Below are positions 19,530 to 29,853 of a stretch of 64,000 nt of DNA, one piece after another; the first letter of the stretch is position 1, and each line of letters begins with the position of its first letter. The notes beneath the pieces were generated by a model that was given only the letters and a program-made list of their open reading frames with translations, was not told where the DNA came from and made no database searches. The stretch spans positions 300,367 through 364,366 of the forward strand of contig CAVVMG010000001.1 of assembly GCA_963749415.1 (NCBI GenBank), written 5' to 3'. The DNA comes from an uncultured Acidobacteriota bacterium. GTDB taxonomy: Bacteria; Actinomycetota; Acidimicrobiia; Spongiisociales; ZC4RG35. The position numbers and the translations under genes are program-made.

Positions 19530-20493
19530 TCATACCCGCCTCACCTCCGGTGTCCCGTACAGCCCGTAGGGCCGGACCAAAAGGACGATCATCATCAGCA
19601 GGTAGCCAACGATCCCCGGGAACCCGCTCCCCAGGAAGGCGAACTGCAGATAGGTGTTGGCCGCGGCTTTCGGCGATCCCCACGGCGAACCCGCCGACGA
19701 CCGCCCCCGGGATCGAATCGAGCCCACCGATGATCACCGCGGGGAAAGCGCGGAAAGCTATGAACGCAGTCGATTGGTCGACACCGGTGGCCCGCCGGGG
19801 ATAGATCGAGTAGAACAGCCCGGCCACGGCCGCGAGGAAGGCGCCGATCGCCCATGCGATGGAGAAGACGCGGCCCACGTTGATCCCCTGGGCCCGCGCC
19901 GTCTCCTGGTCGAAGGCGGTGGCCCGCATCGCGATCCCGGTGCGCGTGCGCAGGAAGAGGGCCATGAGCACGAGCAGCAAGACCGTGACCAGGATCTGGA
20001 TGATCTCCGACCACGTGATTCGCACCCAGCCGAGATTCACCTCGTTTAGCCCCCAGGGGGCGCCCAATGGGCGGGGTTGGGTCCCGATCCAGTCGTTGGT
20101 GATGGTTCGCACCACGATGTCCATGCCCAACGTGACGATGGCGACCGCGAACAGGGCCTCACCAACCATCGGCCTGAGGAAGATCCGCTCGAGGATCACG
20201 CCGAACAGAGCGGCCACGACCAGCGCGGTCAGGACGTTGGTCGTCCACTGGCCCCATTCAGGCAGGGCAGTCAGGTAGCGGCCGGGGAAGTCGAGCACGG
20301 TGACGAAGGCCGCAATCAGGAAGGCGCCCAGGCCGGTGAGAGCCCCGTGGGCGAAGTTGAGCACCGAGGTCGCCTTGAAGATGATCACAAAGCCCATCGC
20401 CAGGAGGGCGTATATGGCCCCGAAGCTGATCCCATCCACCAGCATTTGAGCGAAGGCGTTGGAGGCGACCTCTTCCTGGGCCAGGATCACCAC
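19530..20493 (-). pseudogene. livH: Branched-chain amino acid ABC permease LivH, frameshifted near 19668
   Basis: ..MLVDGISFGAIYALLAMGFVIIFKATSVLNFAHGAL.. is the LivH core. The conserved C-terminus ..YLQFAFLGSGFPGIVGYLLMMIVLLVRPYGLYG is in another frame. The shift is in an AAA/TTT run. Confidence 0.75.
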
Positions 20494-20500
20494 AGCGGGA

Positions 20501-22378
20501 TCACGATCGATACATGTCTTCGATGAGCTCGGAGAACATGCTGCTCATCGAGTTCCTCTTCAGCTTCTGGGTGGCTGTGAGCTCGCCGTCCTCGTGGTCC
20601 AGCTCCTTGGGGATGAGGCGGAACTTCTGCACCCCCTCTACATGAGAGTGCGTGTTGTTGACCTCGGTGATCACACCCTGGATGAGCTCGATGACGTCGG
20701 GTTTCCGGGTCAGGTCCCGGTAGGTGGTGTAGGGAATCTGGCGTCGGGTGGCCCAGTTCCCGACCACATCGGCCTCGATGGCCACCAGGGCCGTGAGGTA
20801 CTTCCTCCGGTCTCCGATCACCATCGCCTCCTTCACATAGGGCGAGGTCTTGATGGCGTTCTCGATCTCGGAGGGCGAGACGTTCTTCCCCCCCGAGGTG
20901 ATGATGATGTCCTTGATCCGGTCGACGACCTTGACATGGGTCCCGTCGACCCATTCCCCGACATCGCCCGTTTTGAGCCATCCATCTTCGGTGAACGTCT
21001 CGGCTGTCTTCTCCGGGTTGTTCCAATATCCCTTGAAGGTCCCCCGGCTCCGGGTCTGGATCTCGCCGGACTTCTCCTCGATGCGGAGCTCTGTGCCCGG
21101 ATAGGGGACGCCGACCGTTCCCACCTTGTTCGCACCCGGGAAGTTGCAGGTGGCGACCGCAGAGTTCTCGGTCATCCCGTAGAGCTCGAACAGCGGGACT
21201 CCGAGCCCGAGGAAGTCCCGGATCACCTCGGGGGCGATTGGTGCCGCGCCACTCGCCGCGTAGCGGACACGGCGAAACCCGATCCGCTCCTTGAGGGCGC
21301 GGAAGACCACGGGATAGCCGGCGATGTAGAGGAGCCGGCTGACGAAGGTGTGCTCGCCGTCATTGGCGACCCGCCGTTTGCCGATCGACGCGGCCATTTT
21401 CATGCCCAGGCCGAACCACAGGCGCTTGAACCAGGTCCCGTCCCTGCCTTTGATCGCGATCGAGGCGTGAATCCGCTCCCAGATCCGGGGAACAGCAAAG
21501 AAGATCGTGGGCTGGATCTCCCGCAGGTTCTGTTGCACCGTCTCGATCGACTCCGCGAAGTTGAGCGAGGGGCCATGCGACACCGACGACCAGGTGGAAA
21601 AAATCCGCTCCGCCACGTGACAGAGCGGCAGATAGGTCAGGATCAGGTCGTCGGGACCGATCGGCCTCCCGTCCGGGGTCCGTCCTGCTGCCGAAATCAG
21701 CACCTCGGCGTTGAAGGCGAAGTTGGAGTTGGTGAGCATGGCGCCTTTGGGCGGCCCGGTGGTCCCCGAGGTGTAGACCAGGGTGATCACGTCGTCGCCC
21801 GACGCACGGGACATGATCTCCTCGACCATCCCGGGATGGGAGGCGCGGTGCTCACGTCCCAGTGCGATGAAGTCGTCCCATGCGATGAACCGGGAATCGT
21901 CGCGCCACTTGCGAAAGCCACGTGGCTCGATGTGGATGATCGTGCGCAGGTCCGAAAGGTCGTCGATGACCTCCATCACCTTGTCCGCCTGTTCCTGATC
22001 TTCGGCGAGATGGATCACCGCCCCCGAGTCGGAGAGGAGGTAGCGGACCTCAGCAGAGGGGTTGGTCGGATAGAGGCCGACGGTCATCGCCCGGACCGCA
22101 ACGGTCGCCATGTCGAGGATCACCCATTCCGGCCGGTCCTCGGATTGGATCGAGACCCGGTCCCCGATGTTCACACCCAGGGCGAGAAGGCCATATGCGG
22201 CGTCGAGGACGGTCTCCCAGTATTCGGACCAGGTGGTCTCCTGCCAGATCCCGAAGTCCTTCTCCCGCATCGCCACCCGGGTCGGGGTCTCCTCCGCCCA
22301 TCTCCTCACATATGCGGGGGGCGTCATGAACCCGACGTCAGCCACCGGGGTGTCGTGTCGCTGCAACACCGTGGTCAA
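20501..22378 (-). CDS. Long-chain fatty-acid--CoA ligase (AMP-dependent synthetase, FadD-like)
   Basis: YTSGTTGPPKGAMLTNSNF AMP-binding motif. 625 aa. The ..GYWNNPEKTAE.. and ..SGGKNVSPSEIE.. motifs are present. Confidence 0.85.
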   Translation of the reverse strand: MTTVLQRHDTPVADVGFMTPPAYVRRWAEETPTRVAMREKDFGIWQETTWSEYWETVLDAAYGLLALGVNIGDRVSIQSEDRPEWVILDMATVAVRAMTVGLYPTNPSAEVRYLLSDSGAVIHLAEDQEQADKVMEVIDDLSDLRTIIHIEPRGFRKWRDDSRFIAWDDFIALGREHRASHPGMVEEIMSRASGDDVITLVYTSGTTGPPKGAMLTNSNFAFNAEVLISAAGRTPDGRPIGPDDLILTYLPLCHVAERIFSTWSSVSHGPSLNFAESIETVQQNLREIQPTIFFAVPRIWERIHASIAIKGRDGTWFKRLWFGLGMKMAASIGKRRVANDGEHTFVSRLLYIAGYPVVFRALKERIGFRRVRYAASGAAPIAPEVIRDFLGLGVPLFELYGMTENSAVATCNFPGANKVGTVGVPYPGTELRIEEKSGEIQTRSRGTFKGYWNNPEKTAETFTEDGWLKTGDVGEWVDGTHVKVVDRIKDIIITSGGKNVSPSEIENAIKTSPYVKEAMVIGDRRKYLTALVAIEADVVGNWATRRQIPYTTYRDLTRKPDVIELIQGVITEVNNTHSHVEGVQKFRLIPKELDHEDGELTATQKLKRNSMSSMFSELIEDMYRS

Positions 22379-22495
22379 CCAGGTCCTCCTCGCAGGGCGG
22401 GTCGGACAATATCCAACGGTGCTATCCGGTGACGGCCAACTTTGGTGGAAGGTTCAAGTTTGTTACGCGGAGATCTTCGCGCCGCTGACCGTCGG

Positions 22496-22930
22496 TCACG
22501 ACCCCTGACTCCACTCGGCGCCGCCCGGCCAATGCTCCTTCTTCCAGATCGGCGCCCGGACCTTCAATTCGTCGATGATGAACCTGGCGGCCTCGAAGGC
22601 GTCGCTGCGGTGTGCGGTCGCCACCACCACTGCTACCGAAGCCTCACCGAGGGCCACCACACCAGACCGGTGCTCCACCAAGACCGAGAGCAAGGGCCAC
22701 TTGTCGGCGGCCTCGGAGATGATCGCCTCGATGGAGGGCCCGACTGCCTCCTGGTACACCTCATAGTCGAGGTGGGTCACCTCCTCGGCGCGGGGCGAGT
22801 GGTCGCGCACCGTCCCCAGGAAGACCACTGTCGCTCCTGAGTCGGGGCGACCCGCCTCGCGGGCCAATGCGGCGACGTCGATCGGGGCCTCGCCGACCGA
22901 CACCCTGATCCGTACCTCGGGTCGCTCCAT
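22496..22930 (-). CDS. moaE: Molybdopterin synthase catalytic subunit MoaE
   Basis: ..DVAALAREAGRPDSGATVVFLGTVRDHS..HLDYEVY... is the MoaE fold. Confidence 0.8.
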   Translation of the reverse strand: MERPEVRIRVSVGEAPIDVAALAREAGRPDSGATVVFLGTVRDHSPRAEEVTHLDYEVYQEAVGPSIEAIISEAADKWPLLSVLVEHRSGVVALGEASVAVVVATAHRSDAFEAARFIIDELKVRAPIWKKEHWPGGAEWSQGS

Positions 22931-22944
22931 ACAATTCCAAGCCT

Positions 22945-24087
22945 ATGACAGAACAGGGGCCCATCGGGCCCGAGGAAGACCCAGGACCGCCCCCGCCACG
23001 ACGCCGGGTCGACCCCTGGACCCTGATCCTGGGGATCCTTGGTGGGGCCCTGCTCGGCACCGGTGTCACCTTCGCGGTGCTCGGGTTCACCGGCACCTTC
23101 GAGGAGCCGCCACCCGCCACCACGCTTCCTCCGCCACCGAGCGTGACTGTGCCTCCCCCGACCAGCGCACCGCTGCCGGTAGCGGAGAGTGCGTCGGCCG
23201 CCGCCATCGCCCAGCGCGCCATCCCCTCGATAGTCGCCGTGGAGGTGGGTGAGGACCTCGTCGAGAGCGGCGGGAGCGGGGTCGTGTATGGGAATGACGG
23301 ATACTTGATCACCAACAACCACGTGATCGAGGGCGGAGGAGACGTCAATGTGGTGTTCGCCGATGGGGCGCGGTACCCCGCGGAGATAGTCGGCAGCGAT
23401 CCGGTGACCGACCTCGCCGTGCTCCACATCGAGCGCGCCGACGTGACCACTCTCGACGTCGGTGACCCGACAGCCCTCGAGATCGGGCAGATGGCAGTGG
23501 CCATCGGCAACCCTCTGGCCCTGACCGGCGGTCCCTCGGTCACCGAAGGGATCGTCAGCGCCCTCGACCGGTGGCTGGAGGTGGAGGCGGGCAGCGTCCT
23601 CTACGGCTTGGTCCAGACTGATGCCCCGATCACCCACGGGTCATCGGGAGGGGCGCTACTCGATGAAAACGCCCGGCTGATTGGGATCACCACGGCGATC
23701 GCGGTCTCCGATATCGCCGCCGAGGGGTTCGGATTCGCAATTCCCATCGACATGGCGATCGGGGTCGCCGATGACCTGATCGAGTTCGGTGAGGTCAGCC
23801 ATGCCTTGCTGGGGATTCAGGGCGGTACCTACCTGGCGGAGGAATCCGGGGCCGAGTTCCCCGTTGGTGTGCTGGTCCAGACAGTGAACACCGGCTCGGC
23901 CTACGGCGCCGGCGGTGGCCAGGTCAACGACGTGATCGTGGCTCTGGACGGGGCACCCGTCGACACACTCGAGCAACTTCTCACCGTGCTCCGAAAGAGA
24001 CGCGCCGGGGAGGAGGTGAGCCTCGCCGTGGAACGGGCCGAGTCGAACTTGGATCTGACAGTCACTCTGGCGAGACTCGAATCGTGA
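22945..24087 (+). CDS. HtrA/DegP-family trypsin-like serine protease with PDZ domain
   Basis: An N-terminal cytoplasmic tail plus TM. The catalytic triad context is ..ITNNHVI.. (His), ..DLAVL.. (Asp) and ..GSSGGAL.. (Ser). C-terminal PDZ. Confidence 0.85.
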   Translation: MTEQGPIGPEEDPGPPPPRRRVDPWTLILGILGGALLGTGVTFAVLGFTGTFEEPPPATTLPPPPSVTVPPPTSAPLPVAESASAAAIAQRAIPSIVAVEVGEDLVESGGSGVVYGNDGYLITNNHVIEGGGDVNVVFADGARYPAEIVGSDPVTDLAVLHIERADVTTLDVGDPTALEIGQMAVAIGNPLALTGGPSVTEGIVSALDRWLEVEAGSVLYGLVQTDAPITHGSSGGALLDENARLIGITTAIAVSDIAAEGFGFAIPIDMAIGVADDLIEFGEVSHALLGIQGGTYLAEESGAEFPVGVLVQTVNTGSAYGAGGGQVNDVIVALDGAPVDTLEQLLTVLRKRRAGEEVSLAVERAESNLDLTVTLARLES

Positions 24088-25154
24088 GCGACGACCTGTT
24101 CTCACAGCTGTTCGAGTTGTTCGACCATCCAGGGCCGGTCAACTGGAAGCTGGCAGCCGAGGTGGCACGGCACCTCGCCGGGGAACAGCAACCAATCGAG
24201 CCCTGGGCTGCCGAGGAGTTCCGCGAACTGGCCCGTCTCGCCGAGTACCGGCTGGAGCAGGTGGCTCCATTTCGCAGCAATCCGGCACCTGACGTTCTCC
24301 CCACCGACGCACGGGGATGGGTGGAGAAGAGTCTCGAGTCATACGGGCCGTTGGTGGAGCCGTTCGCCAATTCAGTGGTCGCGGAGGGCCCGGTCGCCCC
24401 TCTCATGGCACAGCTGACTCCGGCGATCGTGGGGCTTCAGGTCGGGTCCCTGGTGGGCTCCCTGTCGTCATGGGTGGTCGCTTCTTTCGATGCCGGGCTG
24501 CCTCAGACCCACCCCGGGCCACTGACCGTCGTCGTCCCCAACATCGAGGCCCTCAGCCGCGCGGCCAACACCGAGCACCGGGAACTGAGGCTGTGGGTGG
24601 TAACCAATGAGGTCGCGTTCCGCGCCGTGTCCCAGCTTCCATGGATCGAAGACCACCTTGCAGATCTCGTTGGCAGATACGCGGATGCCGTTCAGATCGA
24701 TCCCACCCGCCTCAGTGGCCTGATGGCTGGAGGGACCGACCCCGAGGCGATCGAGGCCGCTATCGAGCAGGCCGGCGGGATCGAGAGCATCCTCGGGGGG
24801 GAAGAGGCGGAGGGGCCCCGTCAGGAGCTGGAGGCATTCCTGGGAACGGTGACCGGGTGCGGGCGCTTGCTGGCCCGCCGTGCTGTCGGCGACCTGGCGC
24901 CGAATTTCGATCGAATCACCGCGGAGAGGGACCTGGCCCGCACCGAGGCCGACTCGCAGACCGCGATCGGCGTTCGCCCGGTGCCAGCGGAGACCACACG
25001 GCTCGGCGACGCCTTCAACCAGGAAGTGGAGCGTCGTTACGGTGAAGACGCTCTGGAGACTCTCTGGACCGACCCGACCCGCATGCCGGGTGCGGCCGAG
25101 CTCAGGGACCCGACTGCTTGGGCAGCCCGTGTCCTTCTCGACGGCTGGAACTGA
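24084..25154 (+). CDS. DUF2342-family putative zinc-dependent hydrolase conserved in actinobacteria
   Basis: It overlaps the htrA stop by 4 nt. MSDDLFSQLFELFDHPGPVNWKLAAEVARHLAGEQ... is typical of the family. Confidence 0.55.
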   Translation: MSDDLFSQLFELFDHPGPVNWKLAAEVARHLAGEQQPIEPWAAEEFRELARLAEYRLEQVAPFRSNPAPDVLPTDARGWVEKSLESYGPLVEPFANSVVAEGPVAPLMAQLTPAIVGLQVGSLVGSLSSWVVASFDAGLPQTHPGPLTVVVPNIEALSRAANTEHRELRLWVVTNEVAFRAVSQLPWIEDHLADLVGRYADAVQIDPTRLSGLMAGGTDPEAIEAAIEQAGGIESILGGEEAEGPRQELEAFLGTVTGCGRLLARRAVGDLAPNFDRITAERDLARTEADSQTAIGVRPVPAETTRLGDAFNQEVERRYGEDALETLWTDPTRMPGAAELRDPTAWAARVLLDGWN

Positions 25155-25170
25155 ACAGGAGACGAAGCCG

Positions 25171-25629
25171 ATGCCGCTCGCCGTTGGGACCTCCGCGCCG
25201 GATTTCACGTTGGTCAGCCAGGACCGGGAGAAGATCTCCCCGGCGACCCTGAAGGGCAAGCGCTCGATGATCGTCTTCATGCCCTATCCGTTCACCAGCA
25301 CCTGCGACGGTGAAATGTGCGACCTCAGGGACACCTGGAGCACGTACCAGGGCCTGGACACCAATGTCGTGGTGATCACCTGCCACCCGGTGTCCACGAA
25401 TCGGGTTTGGGCAAGCCAAAACGGCTACCAGTTCCCGATCCTGGCGGATTACTGGCCGCATGGTGAGGTCTCCCGAGCCTACGACAGCTTCGACGAGAAG
25501 TACGGGTACTCGACGCGCACCACCTACATCCTCGATGCGGAGGGAATCATCCGAGACGTGATCGCCTCCGACGTGCTCGGGGAGGCCAGGGACTACGCCA
25601 GCTACCCCGACGCACTGACCTCGGTCTGA
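25171..25629 (+). CDS. Peroxiredoxin (AhpC/TSA family, AhpE/Bcp-like 1-Cys type)
   Basis: ..FMPYPFTSTCDGEMCDLRD.. holds the peroxidatic Cys in a T-x-x-C context, and the protein resembles mycobacterial AhpE throughout. Confidence 0.85.
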   Translation: MPLAVGTSAPDFTLVSQDREKISPATLKGKRSMIVFMPYPFTSTCDGEMCDLRDTWSTYQGLDTNVVVITCHPVSTNRVWASQNGYQFPILADYWPHGEVSRAYDSFDEKYGYSTRTTYILDAEGIIRDVIASDVLGEARDYASYPDALTSV

Positions 25630-25639
25630 ATCGAGTGGC

Positions 25640-26353
25640 TCAGTCGGCCAACCAATTGATGGCGATCGCGACTGCGAAACCGAAGGAAGTGGCCAGCCCC
25701 ACTGGTCGATGCGCCTCCTGGTAAGCCTGGGGGATCATCGTCGTGGAGAGCATGGTGAGAATCGCACCACCGGCGAATGCGAGCACGAATGCCACCGTGC
25801 GCGGCGACGCGCCGTCGAGAACCGCATAGCCGATCCCTGCAGCCGCCGCACTGACCAGCGCTACCCCCACCCACAACCCAAGGACTCGGTTCTTGCTCCA
25901 ACCCGAGTCCAGCATCTGACTCGAGGCCCCAATCGACTCGGGGAGGTTGGAGATGAACACCGCAACCAGCATCGAGATCCCGATCTCTCCCGTCTGCAGC
26001 AGCGTGAGGCCCAACACCGCCGACTCGGGCACTCCGTCGAGGATGGTGCCGAGAACGATGGAAAGGCCCGACCCTTCGCCCTCGCTCTGGCCTCCCATCC
26101 GATCGATCAGAGAGTCGCCGATATAGAAGACCAGGACGCCGCTGAAGAACCCGAGGGCTACATCTCCGAGCCCATTCGACACCGTCAATGCCTCGTCGAC
26201 CAGCTCGAAGGAGACCGCGCTGATCAGCACCCCCGCCCCAAATCCCATCACCAGACCCAGGGTTCGGATACGAGGCTCGTGAACGAAGACGATCAACGCA
26301 CCGATCACCAGCGACGATGCAGCGAGCAGCCCCCACGCAAACGCCTCACCCAT
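25640..26353 (-). CDS. ZIP-family divalent metal (Zn) transporter
   Basis: MGEAFAWGLLAASSLVIGALI... has eight TM segments with His/Glu in TM4-5 (..HEPRIRTLG.. / ..GVPESAVLGL..). Confidence 0.75.
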   Translation of the reverse strand: MGEAFAWGLLAASSLVIGALIVFVHEPRIRTLGLVMGFGAGVLISAVSFELVDEALTVSNGLGDVALGFFSGVLVFYIGDSLIDRMGGQSEGEGSGLSIVLGTILDGVPESAVLGLTLLQTGEIGISMLVAVFISNLPESIGASSQMLDSGWSKNRVLGLWVGVALVSAAAAGIGYAVLDGASPRTVAFVLAFAGGAILTMLSTTMIPQAYQEAHRPVGLATSFGFAVAIAINWLAD

Positions 26354-27299
26354 CAGGGGGCTGCTTCGCCATGGCTTCGAGTCGAGAGAGATGGGTCGAC
26401 GCGTTGAGCCCGGTCCCGAGAACCCAGAGCCGGGTAAGGATGAAAAGCCAGGCCAGGAAGACCGATGCCAGCCCCAACGCCCCATACAGGTCGTCCACCC
26501 GATCCAGCTTGCCCGCGAAGTACACGATGGTGGCGAGGCGGGTCACCAACACACCGGCTGCGATCACGAATGCGCCGGGCAACATTTGCCAAAACCCGAC
26601 ATCAGGGGCGTGAGGGAGCCTCGAGAAGAGCACGGCGCATATCGCGGCCAGCACCACAGTCTCCAACCCGATGACCAGCACATCACTGGCGAAAGGCCCA
26701 CTGAGAGAAGCGACAGCCAAACGGTTGATCGCCAACACGGCGATCGCCGTAACACCGAGCATGGCAGACGAGGCGAGGGGGTTCTGCGTCATCTTGGGAG
26801 GGACTTCCCATGCCAGCCCGCTGATGAGTCGAGCCGCCTTGACCACCCCCATCCCCGCCCACAAAGTCAGGAACACGCCGAGGGCGAGCAAGTACCAGCG
26901 GCCGTTGCTCGAGGCCTCGACCCCTTGGGCCACGGTCGCCGCGATGGCTGCCGAGAAGCCGGCCTGACGCGCCAACTCCGAAGGGGGGTCATCGAGTTGA
27001 TCCGCTGTCCCGCCAAACAGGGTGACCAGCACCAGAGCAAGGGGGAGCAGCCACAGGAAGAGCCGAAACGCAAGACCGCCTGCGAGGAGGCCACCCGCGA
27101 ATCGGCGGTCACGATAGAACGCGTCGACCGCGATCCGCACCGAAGAGCGGTTGGCTTGCTCCCTCTCCAGGATCTCCGTGCCGGCCTTCCTCGCGGCGTC
27201 CGCCTGGGTCTTCACCCTCGCCAAGCGACCGGGTGCCTTCGGAGACGGCTGGACCTCCAGTTGATCTTCCTCATGACCCTGACCGGATTCCGGAGTCAT
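26346..27299 (-). CDS. YihY/BrkB (virulence factor BrkB / RNase BN-like) family membrane protein
   Basis: ..SSVRIAVDAFYRDRRFAGGLLAGGLAFRLFLWLLPLAL.. is the YihY signature, with six TM segments. The start is ambiguous (27299 or 27389). Confidence 0.7.
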   Translation of the reverse strand: MTPESGQGHEEDQLEVQPSPKAPGRLARVKTQADAARKAGTEILEREQANRSSVRIAVDAFYRDRRFAGGLLAGGLAFRLFLWLLPLALVLVTLFGGTADQLDDPPSELARQAGFSAAIAATVAQGVEASSNGRWYLLALGVFLTLWAGMGVVKAARLISGLAWEVPPKMTQNPLASSAMLGVTAIAVLAINRLAVASLSGPFASDVLVIGLETVVLAAICAVLFSRLPHAPDVGFWQMLPGAFVIAAGVLVTRLATIVYFAGKLDRVDDLYGALGLASVFLAWLFILTRLWVLGTGLNASTHLSRLEAMAKQPPDG

Positions 27300-27487
27300 C
27301 CTCCATCTCAAGCTACTCGGAGGCCGTCGAGAGCCGTCCGGTAGCTTCGGCGTTGTGAGCAGCCGGAGGATCACTTGACGGTTCCGCATCAGATGGCCCG
27401 ACCGATTCCGGAGGACGGACGACGAGGCGATCGGCCATCCTGACCGCCCGCCTCGGGATCGTCCAGGGTCTCCTCCTCATCACATCG

Positions 27488-28108
27488 GTGTGGCTCATCA
27501 CACTCATTCCCGGGCCCAGGTCCACGGATGAGGAGTTCTTCGAGTTCTACGCCTCCGACCGTCGCTGGCTGGTGATCCTGGTCGGCATCTACCTGATGCC
27601 CTTCGCCGCAATCGCCTTCGTCTGGTTTGCGGTGGCGCTGAGGATGTGGGTGGCGCAAAGCTCCTCGCGGCCCCAGGACGTCCTGTTGTCGAACGTGCAA
27701 TTGGTGAGTGCGATCCTCTTCGTCGGGCTGTTCCTGGCCGGCGCAGCGGCATTTACGGTGCTCGCGGTGACTGTCGAGATGTCAGGGGGCCAGATCGAGC
27801 CGATTACCGCACGCCAGTTCCCACAATTCGGGGCGGCCCTGTTCGTGGTGTTCGGGATGCGAATGGCAGCGATGTTCGTCTTCACCACGTCGGGGCTGGC
27901 AAGACGTCATTCCGCGCTGCCGCCCTGGTTCATTTGGACCGGTTACGGGGTTGGGCTCTTCCTGCTGTTGAGCGCTTCATTGAATCGGTTCCTCGTCCTC
28001 CTGTTCCCCGTTTGGGTGTTGACCCTCAGCGTGATCCTCCTGATCAAGGCCCGGAGGATGCCGAAAGATCCGGAGCCATCGGGCGCCGGAATAGCTGAGA
28101 GCGTATGA
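27488..28108 (+). CDS. Uncharacterised polytopic membrane protein (paralogue of 53871..54575)
   Basis: About 75% identical at the amino-acid level to the protein at 53871..54575 (shared ..EEFFEFYASDRRW.. LSNVQLVSAILFV.. ARQFPQFG.. motifs). The stop overlaps the SulP start (ATGA). Confidence 0.6.
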   Translation: MWLITLIPGPRSTDEEFFEFYASDRRWLVILVGIYLMPFAAIAFVWFAVALRMWVAQSSSRPQDVLLSNVQLVSAILFVGLFLAGAAAFTVLAVTVEMSGGQIEPITARQFPQFGAALFVVFGMRMAAMFVFTTSGLARRHSALPPWFIWTGYGVGLFLLLSASLNRFLVLLFPVWVLTLSVILLIKARRMPKDPEPSGAGIAESV

Positions 28109-29853
28109 GTATCGGCACTTGGTGGGCCGCGACCAGGCCCAAGCCCGGCACCCTGAAGAAGGATGCGGTTGCCGGCCTTCCCGGGGCCATCGGAAGTGTG
28201 CCGGACGGCATGGCTTCCGCGGTACTGGCCGGGGTCAACCCCGTATACGGGCTCTTTGCCAGCTTTGCGGGGCCGATCGGCGGTGGGCTCACCGCGAGTA
28301 CCCGGCTGATGGTGATCACAACGACGACTGCGGCGGCACTGGCAGCCGGGTCGGCTCTCTCCTCGATCGACGCCGCGGACAGACCTGCCTCCCTGTTTCT
28401 GATTGTCCTCATTGCCGGCGCCTTCATGGTCGTCGCCGGGCTGTTGAAGTTGGGCAGGTACACCCGTTTCGTCTCCCATTCGGTGATGATCGGCTTCCTC
28501 ACCGGGGTTGCGGCCAACATCATTTTCGGGCAGTTGCCCGACCTGACCGGGGTGGAGGCCGAGGGCGAAAACGCGATCGGCAAGGCCCTGGACGTGATCC
28601 TGAATCCGGGTTCGATCGACTTGCCCTCCCTGCTCGTCGGGCTCGGTGCAATGGCCATCCTGGTCGTGCTGGCGCGCACACCACTCTCCTCGTACTCATC
28701 GATCATCGCCCTGATCATCCCGACGCTGCTCACACTTGGCGCCGAAACGATCGCCCGGGTCGAGGACGTCGGTGATATCCCCCGTGGCTTTCCAGTTCCC
28801 GCTCTCCCTCAACTTGGCCTGATCACGCCGACGATCATCGCCACTGCCCTGGCCATCGCGGCGATCGTCCTGGTTCAGGGCGCCGGAGTCGCCGAGTCGG
28901 CGCCCAATCGTGACCGGTCTCGTTCCGACCCGGATCAGGACTTCATCGCTCAAGGCGCCGGGAACCTGGCCTCTGGCTTCTTCCAGGGGATGCCGGTTGG
29001 GGGCTCGGTGGGCCAGACCGCACTAAATATCAGCGCCGGGGCGGTCGACCGTTGGGCATCGATCTTCTCGGGGATCTGGATGCTCGTGATCCTGGTTGCC
29101 TTTTCGGGTGTTGTCGGGGTGGTGGCGATGCCGACACTCGCCGCAGTTCTCATCGTCGCTGCCGTCGGCTCGCTGCGCGTGGGTCAGATCCAGAGCATCA
29201 TGCGCACAGGGCCCAACTCCCAGATCGCCCTCGTCTCCACCTTTCTGGCCACGCTCTTCCTACCGATCACCGCCGCGGTTGGGGTCGGCGTCGTTCTCTC
29301 CCTCATGCTCCAACTCAACCAGGAGGCCATCGACCTCAAGGTGGTGGAATGGGTCCCTCGCGCAGACGGAGGGTTCGAAGAGCGCCCGGCACCCCTGGTT
29401 CTGCCCAGCCACGCGGTAACGATTCTCCATACATACGGGAGTCTGTTCTATGCCGGTGCCCGCACTCTCCAGGCTCGGCTCCCCCAGGTTGGAGAATCGA
29501 TGGAACCGGTCGTGATCCTCCGCATTCGGGGCCGCTCGATGCTGGGTGCCACTGCGTTCGAGGTGATCACCGACTACTCAGAGCGCCTGGTGGGCGCCGG
29601 CGGCCGCCTCTATCTGAGTGGAGTGGAGCCATCGGTAGTTCGGCAGTTCGAGCGAACCGGCCACGTCACGACAGAGGGCCTGCTCCGGGTGATCGAAGCC
29701 ACCCCTCATGTCGAGGAGTCGACCCGCGCCGCCCTCGGGGAGGCCGAGGCGTGGTTGATCAGCAATCGAGCCGCCGATGAGCCGATTCCCGAAGAGGAGC
29801 CTCCACCGCCGCGAATCGGGACCTGGATCAAGAAACTGTTCCGACGGGGCTGA
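28105..29853 (+). CDS. SulP-family anion (sulfate) permease with C-terminal STAS domain
   Basis: 582 aa. ..GVNPVYGLFASFAGPIGG.. matches the SulP signature and a STAS domain sits at the C-terminus. Confidence 0.85.
   Translation: MSIGTWWAATRPKPGTLKKDAVAGLPGAIGSVPDGMASAVLAGVNPVYGLFASFAGPIGGGLTASTRLMVITTTTAAALAAGSALSSIDAADRPASLFLIVLIAGAFMVVAGLLKLGRYTRFVSHSVMIGFLTGVAANIIFGQLPDLTGVEAEGENAIGKALDVILNPGSIDLPSLLVGLGAMAILVVLARTPLSSYSSIIALIIPTLLTLGAETIARVEDVGDIPRGFPVPALPQLGLITPTIIATALAIAAIVLVQGAGVAESAPNRDRSRSDPDQDFIAQGAGNLASGFFQGMPVGGSVGQTALNISAGAVDRWASIFSGIWMLVILVAFSGVVGVVAMPTLAAVLIVAAVGSLRVGQIQSIMRTGPNSQIALVSTFLATLFLPITAAVGVGVVLSLMLQLNQEAIDLKVVEWVPRADGGFEERPAPLVLPSHAVTILHTYGSLFYAGARTLQARLPQVGESMEPVVILRIRGRSMLGATAFEVITDYSERLVGAGGRLYLSGVEPSVVRQFERTGHVTTEGLLRVIEATPHVEESTRAALGEAEAWLISNRAADEPIPEEEPPPPRIGTWIKKLFRRG

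Noticed and set aside
22928-22947. Divergent moaE/htrA starts only 14 bp apart, which is too short for two promoters
   Set aside because: It is compatible with overlapping divergent promoters located inside the coding regions, or with a slightly downstream htrA start. This is not enough to call an error or a special element.
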